DNA of 63,156 nucleotides, counting the filler, from Trypethelium eluteriae (lineage: Eukaryota): the NCBI GenBank assembly GCA_051942245.1. It is 3 parts of 3 records of this genome, joined end to end, with 100 filler letters (N's around TTAATTAATTAA, not from the genome) between each part and the next. Parts side by side here need not be neighbours in the genome. Positions count along the whole stretch, not along the records: positions 1 to 21,039 come from JAVECL010000480.1; 2 more parts are not named here. One strand, given 5' to 3'. Every line of letters starts with the position of its first letter. Within the stretch, counting starts at the first letter, position 1. This document shows, one piece after another, positions 12,076-21,139 of the stretch. Below the pieces are notes generated by a model, which saw only the letters and a program-made list of their open reading frames with translations, did not search any database and was not told where the DNA came from. Position numbers and translations under genes: made by a program.

Positions 12076-13737
12076 CTAGCTGATTATATGTTGTGGACTC
12101 GAGATCCGGGAAACCAAGCATTCCAGTCGTAGACCGAAGACTGCATCTGCTGGGCAGGAGCCATTAAGCATTTCTCGAACTCTTCTAGGTACATCGGGTA
12201 CAACGTCTGGGTCCAGCCTTCTTTGCTTGCTTGAGTATCCTCCCCAGTAATCTCGCCCTACCTTCCTAACGTCGCTCACACAGCGTGGATGCTCAAAGTC
12301 CTCAGCAGATCCTATTGGCCAAGTAGGAACAAAACAGAATTCATTCGAATTGCAACCTTTACACTTCTTCCACTCTGTCCAAGCCAGATACTTCTGAAGC
12401 GCCTGAGCCGCTGACAGGCCATCAGCCAGTGTTCTGGTTTCAGCATGTGTGATTGAGAAGAGGGTCTTGCAAATAACACTATTGACTTCAAGAATAGCAC
12501 GAGCCGCTGTTGTGTTGCTGTGTCGACTATTCCAAGGTATAAGATGCTCCTTGCATAACATATTCTCCTCATCTCTATTGCGGTTGCTGTAGTCGATGAA
12601 AGGGCGAAGAGGACGCTCTGCCTCAGTCTTAAATTCTTTCAGTGTTGGTGTAGATCCGGATGCGAGATGCTCAATCCTATCAGAGTATTTTGTTACGATC
12701 ATATCCACGACGGCCTGCCAGTTGACGCTGGTGGTAGCAGGATAATGCTCTTGTAGAATCATATCGTCAAGTGCTTCTAAGACATCGTCGATGGAGGTGC
12801 TGGTCTTGTTGACCCTTGGCCTGCCAGTATCATCAATGTAAGTTACTCCTGGATAGGTGAACAAGCTGATATAATTATCGTAACTCAGTTTTACTCTCTC
12901 ACCGCCAATACCATGATGTCGGGCAGCAATTGCTTTGAAGTATGCCGGACTATCCGCTATCATGCCTGGAGGTCCATCGATACCTTTGGCCTGGCTAATG
13001 CGTACGGGATCCAAGTCCTTCTCGAAATCACAGAGTATGACTTCGAAGCCTGCTTCCATCCTCAGGAAGCCGTTGATCTGGCCTTGCCACTTTTCGCTGG
13101 CCATTTGACACATCCTTGCAGCACGGATGTGGTCTTCTCCGACCTCCGTCACATTTCGCAATTGAGACTTGTGGAGTGGGTTGTAATGCAGAATGACAAA
13201 ATCCTGCAGGTCCAGAGTACCTTTGTCCGATTTGGCTGCAGATGCGCCATCAATATACAAAAGACGAAGCGCATGTTTTGTCCTGTAAGTGTGCAAATAA
13301 CCATGGATCCGGCTCTTGCTACTTTGATCCCCTGACTTCCGCTTAACGATTTGTTGAGCATCAGGATCCGCCTTTTGTCCATTGCGGCGGAAGTCGTCAA
13401 TATGTACCTTTGTATTTTTGACATCTCGATTCTTGTGTAGGCCCATACGATTACTCCCGGGCCGAGCGAAGACAAGTGCATGCTCAGGTTCAAAAGCCAG
13501 CCATTCCATCCCGCTCACCCGAGTTGCTGACCCAGTCCCGTGGTAAAACTCAGTTCCGGCTGCTATCGTAGCGATGAAGAATGCCATGCCATTATGATTT
13601 AAAGAAGAACCGAATTGACGGGCAGAATTGTGGATCTCGTTGAAAATGTAGTTAGCTCTGAGAAATTCGGGCTCAACTGCACTTCCATGGGTCAGAATCA
13701 GAGAGTGTATTATCGCTACCACGAATGTGGATCTCAT
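12076..13737 (-). CDS. Conserved fungal secreted/secretory-pathway protein of unknown function
   Basis: Long intronless ORF. Likely start MRSTFVVAIIHSLILTHGSA (signal-like) at 13737. Conserved-looking blocks NYIFNEIHNSARQFGSSLNHNG, EWLAFEPEHA, LYIDGASAAK, GFLRMEAGFEVILCDF; Cys-rich C-terminus. Confidence 0.8.
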   Translation of the reverse strand: MRSTFVVAIIHSLILTHGSAVEPEFLRANYIFNEIHNSARQFGSSLNHNGMAFFIATIAAGTEFYHGTGSATRVSGMEWLAFEPEHALVFARPGSNRMGLHKNRDVKNTKVHIDDFRRNGQKADPDAQQIVKRKSGDQSSKSRIHGYLHTYRTKHALRLLYIDGASAAKSDKGTLDLQDFVILHYNPLHKSQLRNVTEVGEDHIRAARMCQMASEKWQGQINGFLRMEAGFEVILCDFEKDLDPVRISQAKGIDGPPGMIADSPAYFKAIAARHHGIGGERVKLSYDNYISLFTYPGVTYIDDTGRPRVNKTSTSIDDVLEALDDMILQEHYPATTSVNWQAVVDMIVTKYSDRIEHLASGSTPTLKEFKTEAERPLRPFIDYSNRNRDEENMLCKEHLIPWNSRHSNTTAARAILEVNSVICKTLFSITHAETRTLADGLSAAQALQKYLAWTEWKKCKGCNSNEFCFVPTWPIGSAEDFEHPRCVSDVRKVGRDYWGGYSSKQRRLDPDVVPDVPRRVREMLNGSCPADAVFGLRLECLVSRISSPQHIIS

Positions 13738-14502
13738 CACTGCGGCTCGCGATTCTGGTGATGAGCCAAGGTACTGATAATGAAGTGAATAACATAACAA
13801 AGAGAAGGAGCTCACGAAGCAGGAGGCTTCGTGAAATGCAGACAGCAAGGTAGGCGCGCCGCATCTGTGCCATGATTACCTGGAAGCTTCGGCTTGCAAC
13901 CGACAGTATGTAGCATGATTTAGCTGCATGCACTTGATCTCAGATACCGGTCCGTGTACCTCCATACGATGGAGCTGCATCACGGACGCCCACTTTTGTG
14001 ACGTTGTGAAGCAGGGGCAGGAGCTACGATACGGAGTTGCGGTCTGTGCGCACGGCTCTTACATCGCTACATCCTTCTCGTCCACTTCAATCCCACCATC
14101 CTTTTCTCTCCACTTCGTGCCCACAACGTCATCATCACTGCATACCCACCAGGTGCTGTGAAAAGAAATGTCTGTGCTACTATATTTGAGGCGGTTCAAT
14201 TTGACCTCATGCGCTTTCAGAAATTCAGGTGCTCCCTCAATAAAATCTTCCCTAACTGTAAGGAAAAGGATTTATCATGAAGTTAAGATAGGACCCCCAA
14301 GATATCTCCTAAATGCCAGTCCTTATGAAGGGGCGACCGAAGGATCATTCGTATACAACAAGCAGCGAGATACAGAGGACTTTATCTCTACGTCGTCTCG
14401 TGATTCAACATCGGGTTTCTATCACTGATTACGCTGATGATAGTAGTGTTAATGGTGTCAATCAGTCTGACAATCTTTATAGACCTCGCTCGTGTCGTTC
14501 TC

Positions 14503-14936
14503 TTACGCTCTGAGGCCGTAGTATAGTTCGTCATTGTCCTCCTCGCGTGCCTTGAGGCCATAATACAGCTCGTCGTTATCCTCCTCACGTGCCTTGAGGC
14601 CGTAATACAGCTCGTCATTGTCCTCTTCACGCGCCTTGAGGCCGTAGTACAGCTCATCGTTGTCCTCCTCACGCGCCTTCAGACCATAGTAGAGCTCGTC
14701 GTTATCCTCTTCACGTGCTTTGAGGCCATAGTAGATCTCGTCGTTATCCTCCTCTCGTGCCTTGAGACCATAGTAGATCTCATCGCCATCTTCGGTTCGA
14801 GCTAATTCTCACACTTTTAAAAAAGCTTAAGGAGACAACTTGAGATGAGCTTACGAGAAATCGGGTTTCCCATGGGGTTTCCCGTGACGAAACCCGCCAA
14901 TGAAGGGAGAAGCATAAGCCAATATATGAGCTGCAT
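14503..14936 (-). CDS. Repeat-containing secreted RiPP precursor (dikaritin/KEP-type), 126 aa, 2 exons (14936-14855, 14801-14503)
   Basis: Manual translation: MQLIYWLMLLPSLAGFVTGNPMGNPISPR-TEDGDEIYYGLKAR-EEDNDEIYYGLKAR-(EEDNDELYYGLKAR)x4-EEDNDELYYGLRA*. 53-nt GTAAG...TAG intron at 14802-14854; hydrophobic signal peptide; adjacent DUF3328 genes. Absent from the ORF track because exon 2 has no in-frame start. Confidence 0.93.
14506..14796 (-). repeat. 42-bp tandem coding repeat x7 (precursor core repeats)
   Basis: Period 42 nt; copies differ almost only at synonymous third codon positions. Confidence 0.97.
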
Positions 14937-15209
14937 CTTTAGAAAGGGTTTCTTCTGGTGGATTGAAAGTGTGAGTCGAAAGAAGCGCACACGGCTATCA
15001 AGAGGTACTAATTACTTTTAGAGGACCACCTTGTTCGAGAACGGCGACCGAGAGGATTGGAACCACTATACATTCCTTGCCGTATCATCTCCCATTACTG
15101 AGCAGTGACATGACGCACGATGGGTCTCAAACTCGATGCTTTGATCCCATTGGCAAGATCATAGTGCTTGGGCTAGAGGAAAGTCGGTCAACATCCTCCA
15201 TGTACATGC

Positions 15210-15225
15210 GATGCAACGTTGCATC
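15210..15225. promoter_or_regulatory. Perfect 16-bp palindrome GATGCAACGTTGCATC in the divergent precursor/oxidase promoter
   Basis: Self-complementary; lies near the midpoint of the 14937-15509 intergenic region. Function is inferred only. Confidence 0.4.
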
Positions 15226-15509
15226 CCGCCGCAGCGAAGCCTTAAGAGACCGGGGGTGTGGGTCTTGATGTTGTCATGCCTATGGATCCTGGGGGCCTGA
15301 TTTCTGGAGCTGCAAGCTAAACAGGATGACGTTCGGTAACGGACCGTGATCTCTCATCCTTGAACAATCCACGGGCTAATTCGTACGGTGATGGCAATAG
15401 ATTCATTACATCTGCCTCCGAGTCTTAGGCAACATCATCATCAACCCAGTGTCACGGATCTATCCAGCGGATATTATCGTTCTAGATATACTTTATATCT
15501 ACTGTCGGG

Positions 15510-16760
15510 ATGAGCAACGGATCTCATGAACATGCCTTCTCGGAGGACCAATATGAGGAGGATAAGGACGATGAAAGCTCCATGGGTAATTTACTCCAGT
15601 ATTACAAGAACTCAGAGACACATCCACGTAGAAACCGTAAACGTTCAAATCAGTCATGGCCAGTGTGCCTACACATAGCAGCCATATTTCTGTACGGATT
15701 GATTGCGCTGCTGGTCACCTACCATATGAATAAGAGGCACAACACTGTGCAGTCGTTGATCTATTGTAAGTCAATAATCCTTTAGTCTCATCTCGCGGCG
15801 CTGATGGTCATACGAAGCTCCGGCAAACGAAATTCTTGAGTACAAGACTCAGCTTTATGATCTAGACCTCCTAGGCGATTCGAGTTATTTTGGAACGCCG
15901 AGTCCGCAAATCGACAAAAACTGGCACGAACTGATGGCTCGTATGTTTTGAGATGAAGCTGTTGATGAGATCGACCTAACACGAGTCAATCTCCCTAGCA
16001 TCCTCGATTCATCTGTCAAAATCTGAAAGGCAACATTACGATCCAAAGAGTCATGTTGTTCAGTTCCCCGATGGCACCTTTCTCGGTCAATTGATGGTAT
16101 ATGTAAGTTTTCGTATAAATACCAAGATAATCCAAGGCATTCAACGCCTTCGAAGTCTGCACTAATGTCGAGCCGTAGCATGAGCTTCACTGTCTTGTAT
16201 GTATCCACACTCGCGATCCGCAAAATCACCAATGCTGATTCCAGCCTAAGAAGCGTTTGTATCAGTATATAAATTCGGACTATTATTTCCCCAACCTCAC
16301 AGATAGAGAAAGAGAGATGAACAAAAGGCATACTGGTAAGTCATGCTGATTGATGGTACATACGGTGTTGATCTGAATATCCTGCAGAACACTGTCTCGG
16401 AACTCTACGCCAGGGCGTCATGTGTCACGGCGACGTTTCAGTAATAACATTTGTCTGGGGGAAGCATTCTAAAGTGCCTCTGGGAGAGTTCTCAAATCCT
16501 CATCAATGTGTAAATTTTGAGAGACTGCACAAATGGGCACTGGACCGCGCTGTGGTCGACGGGCTTGAGCCAGGAGTCCTGGTACATCCAAAGCTCGGTG
16601 AGCCATCTTTCGCCGTGCGGTAGAGTTATCACGATACTAATGACCTCTAGGGCCATCCTTTCCAGATGGACATGGGACCAGAATTGGGTTTTCTGACGAA
16701 GATATTGATGAAGATGGCAATTTCATCAAGGATGGCGATCAAGCACATGATACTCGCTGA
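15510..16760 (+). CDS. DUF3328 / UstYa-family oxidase (~301 aa, 7 exons)
   Basis: Exons 15510-15765, 15818-15940, 15999-16102, 16179-16196, ~16251-16335, 16388-16597, 16651-16760 splice in frame. N-terminal TM; YSPA...YFGTPSPQIDKNWHEL; VYHELHCL and HTEHCLGTLRQGVMCHGDVS (two HxxHC motifs); HQCVNFERLHKWA. Confidence 0.93.
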
Positions 16761-17548
16761 GTGTTGCTCCGGGGATCCGGTCACGCTACGCTTCTCAAGC
16801 CCTTATTACTTTCGAAGGAGCGGATTTCGCTTCGGCCGGTAATAGCATCGCCGGGAAAGGGTTGTGTCAAGATTGCCGAACACTAGGACGCGAGAGAGCG
16901 AAATTCCGGGATTTTGTGCCGGAACTTCCAACGCAATCGGTGATATGTTGCCAATGACGGCACGATATATATTAGCGTCTATCACAACCATATCTTGTGA
17001 TACCTGAAAAGCTTGCTTGGGCGAGCTTATGCTGCAAGTCTGGTTCCGGTCAAGACGCTTGAGGTATGCTGCAAGCATTGATTCCGGTGAAGATGCATGC
17101 TGTAAGCTCTCCATGTGGGTCTCGTACAGTAGTCGTCTGCAGGTAAATGCTTAGGTATTGAACGGTTTTATAGCCTCTGATCGAAGGCGTCGTCATGGTG
17201 CGGGGGCGTGGGGGCTTAAATCCTTCGCAGCTATTCCGAGTGCAACGTCGAATATTAGGGCACGATAGAATACGGCGCTTGTTAAGGTGGAGTTACGATT
17301 ACGAATAGGGCGCCGAGTGCAACGATGACGGTGCCGACGAAGTTCCACGGTCCTGAGAGCGTCTACGATATCGTGAGCAATATTTTTTTTTACCGAAGTC
17401 ATATCCAGGCTCTCATAGGAAAGCATTGGGACAAGTAGGGCATATCACTGATTCTACCTTGTGCCCAGACATCTGCCTTTTACCATAGTTTAACCCTCCA
17501 GAATTGTGATTCTCGTCTTGTAAAGCCCTTCTCAACTCTGAAAGTACC

Positions 17549-18160
17549 ATGTTTGCTCATAAATATGCATTTTCATCCCTGCCAACCGACGCAGACGACC
17601 AGCAAGATACAGAAAAGAAGCGATTTTTCGAGAAGCGGGCCGCAACATGGAAATATATCTTCATATGCGGAAGCATTTTCTTGGTTCTAAGTCTCATCGC
17701 TGCTTGGGCGTTGACTTCAAGACTTCAAAAATCGTCGTCGAGATGGTCGTCATGCGGCGATAGCGTAGAGACAGCGCGCCAACGGGGTTGTTCGTTCGAT
17801 CTGATATCGTTTGCATGGCAAACGCCAGAATGCTACGACGCAGCACTTGTCTCCGAATTTGCATCTTGGGATAGTTGGAACTTTTACGCCGACGATAAGC
17901 TCACCCTGCCAGTAACGCAAGAGATGGCGCTGCATGGCAACCGAACACTTTTCGTTGAGTGGGACTACCACATCGTGCATTGCACATTCATGTGGAGACA
18001 GATGCACAGAGCATACGAGCGCGGTTGGATCGACAGTCATCTGGGCAGTTACAACCACACTCTGCATTGTCAGAAGATGATACTGATGGAGAGTGCGGCG
18101 GTTGAGAATGCAATAACTGTGGCAAGAGTCATATATCCTGAATGTGATCGGGTAAATTAA
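17549..18160 (+). CDS. Second HxxHC oxidase, UstYa/DUF3328-related (CGxxxxxAxxxGCxFD subtype), intronless, 203 aa
   Basis: N-terminal TM; CGDSVETARQRGCSFDLISFAWQTPEC; two HxxHC motifs, HIVHC and HTLHC. Confidence 0.88.
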   Translation: MFAHKYAFSSLPTDADDQQDTEKKRFFEKRAATWKYIFICGSIFLVLSLIAAWALTSRLQKSSSRWSSCGDSVETARQRGCSFDLISFAWQTPECYDAALVSEFASWDSWNFYADDKLTLPVTQEMALHGNRTLFVEWDYHIVHCTFMWRQMHRAYERGWIDSHLGSYNHTLHCQKMILMESAAVENAITVARVIYPECDRVN

Positions 18161-18459
18161 TAGAAGCAATGATATCCAGCCAGATTGTCCAACGGATTTC
18201 AGAGAAAAGGAAGCATTTACCACTACCATGCAGCCCTTTGATGCGCAACAGTGTTCCGATGCCTTGTGCAGTGGAAGGCTAGCTGAGTGAGTAGGGAGGT
18301 AGCTTTGTGAGTTTCGACGAGGGTGGGCCATAGCGTCATACTCTTCGGTGAATAGCCACAACCATAACGCCATAGCTTAATGAGGACACCCCAAAAAATC
18401 AACATGATGTAAGCCCCGCGATCTCTCACTTCACCTCTCTTCCCACCCAACTACCTGCG

Positions 18460-20354
18460 ATGCTCGCGCAGAGATGCGTTCTGCAATCTTTGCGCGTAGA
18501 TCAACGGCACCAGCTCCATCGCAACATTAGGAGCTTGGGGGCTTCCCTGCGGCGATATTCCACCTCCGATGTGAAGGACGTAGCTGTCCTCGGAGGTGGA
18601 ATCACTGGCCTGGCAACCGCGCACAATCTTGTCAGGGAGCTCCCCAATGTGAAGGTCTCGATCTACGAAGCTTCACCTAGAATTGGTGGATGGCTCTTGT
18701 CAAAAAGGGTTGATGTACCTGGTGGGAGCGTCGTCTTCGAGCAAGGGCCACGCACATTACGACCTGCAGGTAGCTTGACTACTGCTCAATTGGTATGGAC
18801 ATTCCCACTGGAGTAACTGTTGGCAAACACGATACTGATTCCAAGTCTATCTCTTAGATCCAAGATCTCGGGCTTGTAAACGACACAATCTTCAGCTCCA
18901 AGACCTCTCCCGCCGCGCTCAACCGCTTCGTCTACTATCCGGATCATCTCGTCAGGCTACCCGTACCAAGTAAGAACAGCAATTTCGCACAAATCATATT
19001 TTCTATCCTCTCCGAGCCTCTATTGAGAGGACTCATTCCACCTTTCCTCTTCGAGGGGTTCACAGAGACAAGGAGCCATGATCTCCAAGATGAATCTGTA
19101 GGGTCTTTCATCAGCCGAAGATTATCCAAAGCAGTAGCGAACAATCTACTGTCGGCAATGATGCATGGCATATATGCTGGAGATGTCTGGAAGCTTAGCA
19201 TTAAGAGCATCTTCCCCCAGTTATGGGAACTTGAAGGAAGATTTGGCAGCGTCGCAGGAGGATTGCTATATTTATGGAGCCGAGACGGCAGGCTGGTGAA
19301 GATGCAAGATGTTAAAGCTATGGCTGGGGTGCTTCAGTCTTCTTCTTTGAATCCTGAGCTCCTTGCGTCCTTTCGAAGCTCCTCAGTTTACACATTTAAG
19401 AATGGAATCAGTCAGCTCATCGACCGGTTGGCTGAGACTCTTCGACAGAATCCTAATGTCACGATCAAGACGGACACGAAAATCAGGGCAATTCGACAAG
19501 ACGCGCAGCATCAGATCGAGCTCGACCTCCCAGATCAATCGAAGGCCTATCATTCGCATATGATATCGACGATCTCTGCCCAATCTCTCAGTAACCTGGC
19601 TCGCCGCCCGTCCTCTCTGGATACTCCTGTAAACATATCCTCTAATCCCGAGTCCACCTACCTTCCATCTCTTCGTAAAGCGTACGCTACCACCGTCCAG
19701 GTCGTATCACTGTATTATTCTGATCCAAACCTGATCCCTTACCAAGGCTTTGGTTATCTCATCCCACAATCCGTTCCTTTCGAGCAAAATCCAGAGCTCG
19801 CTCTCGGTGTCATTTTCGACTCGTCATATAGCGGGACACCCAGCCAGACACCCGGCGAGACAATCTTCACTCCTGCCTCGTCCCAAGTCGACGCTCCGAC
19901 TCCATCTCTATCACAGGACACGGTCCCGGGCACCAAACTCACAGTCATACTCGGTGGTCACTGGTGGGACGGTTACACTTATTACCCCTCGGAACAGCAG
20001 GGCCTCGAGCTCGCCACATCACTCCTGCAACGCCATCTTGATATCAACGTTCCGCCGACTGCATATAATGTCGTGCTTCAGAAGGACTGCATACCGCAGT
20101 ATACCGTTGGACACTCTGCGCGTATGCGCGCTGCGCACGGCGAACTGAAACGCGCTTTCAAGGGGAGGCTAAGAGTTGCAGGGAGTTGGTATACGGGGGT
20201 TGGGGTGAATGATTGTGTGAGAGCGGCATGGAGCGTGGCGAGAGGGCTGAAGGATGGACTGAAGACTGGGTTAGAGGAGTTTGACGAGGAAGCAGAACCG
20301 TGGGTGATGGTTCCAAAAAACGGAACGAGCTCGGAGGTGAAGGAGAAGGAATAG
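18460..20354 (+). CDS. HEM14: Protoporphyrinogen oxidase
   Basis: Mitochondrial presequence, VAVLGGGITGL FAD motif, FEQGPRTLR, GIYAGD, GFGYLIP, IPQYTVGH, GVGVNDC; one intron ~18793-18857. Confidence 0.95.
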
Positions 20355-20815
20355 CGCTTGAGTGGCGCCAAGGCTATTCGACACGGGCTTTGTGGAATGT
20401 GGAGGGCGACAGAGACGCGGACTTGCACAGACAGACGGGGACTTGTATATATAAAGAGGGAGTTTCCTGATTACGATGATGGACAACGCCTTTTCAGGTG
20501 GCGACTAGCATATGGTGGCAGGCGTGAACTGCATTTGCATTTACGACGGCGTTCTTCGACAACAGCGCTCGTATTGTGGCGAGGCGCGCATCTTCGGGTT
20601 TAGCGGAGGGAGAATGAACGATAACTCGAAAGGCGAGCATAAGCAGACAGCTGCTATGTACACTAGACTTTTCTCTATATATACAGGAGTCCCGAAATGA
20701 TAGTCCCCTACTATCAGGGGCTCAAATGCCTGCTCGTGTCACATGCGAGACTATCTCGTACATCACTCCAAAATTAATGTTAACGGTCACCATCTGTCTC
20801 TTGCTCATGCTTGCT

Positions 20816-20977
20816 TCACTTCTTCCGCTTCATCACTTTCGTACACATCTCCACCAGTCCATCTTTGGCTTCGCTCGCAGGAAAGTCATTTAGAGCGCGC
20901 ACCGCATTATCGACATACTCCTGCGCGAGCCGTCTCGTCTGCTCGATCCCATCACTCGCGGCCACCAATTCTCTTGC
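20816..20977 (-). CDS. COQ1: Final exon of hexaprenyl/decaprenyl diphosphate synthase (rest lost in gap)
   Basis: After a CTGAC...TTTAG acceptor: ARELVAASDGIEQTRRLAQEYVDNAVRALNDFPASEAKDGLVEMCTKVMKRKK*, matching the C-terminal helices of fungal Coq1 as recalled. Not in the ORF track. Confidence 0.75.
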   Translation of the reverse strand, partial: ARELVAASDGIEQTRRLAQEYVDNAVRALNDFPASEAKDGLVEMCTKVMKRKK

Positions 20978-21039
20978 CTAAACAAACAATGCGTCAGCAA
21001 TCTATATCTCCTCCTGGAAACCCAGGTTCCAAGATCAAC

Positions 21040-21139
21040 NNNNNNNNNNNNNNNNNNNNNNNNNNNNNNNNNNNNNNNNNNNNTTAATTAATTAANNNNN
21101 NNNNNNNNNNNNNNNNNNNNNNNNNNNNNNNNNNNNNNN
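21040..21139. other. Artificial contig linker (N44-TTAATTAATTAA-N44)
   Basis: TTAATTAATTAA at 21084-21095 gives stops in all six frames and is flanked by 44 Ns on each side. Confidence 0.98.

Noticed and set aside
14388..14672. ORF-track 94-aa repeat ORF (MRRTTMSCTTASRR...)
   Set aside because: Wrong frame of the precursor repeat. Its units vary in amino acid sequence, whereas the EEDNDELYYGLKAR frame shows almost only synonymous variation and splices to a signal peptide.
14503..14936. Alpha-factor-like mating pheromone precursor or CRISPR-like array interpretation
   Set aside because: No KR plus X-A/X-P spacers or WC-type pheromone core; repeats are contiguous without unique spacers; DUF3328 neighbours favour a RiPP.
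16806..17114. 102-aa minus-strand ORF between the two oxidases
   Set aside because: No signal peptide, repeats or motif; probably 3'UTR/promoter sequence.
21084..21095. TTAATTAATTAA palindrome (also 42202-42213) as a biological element
   Set aside because: Embedded in symmetric N runs; a standard six-frame-stop assembly linker.
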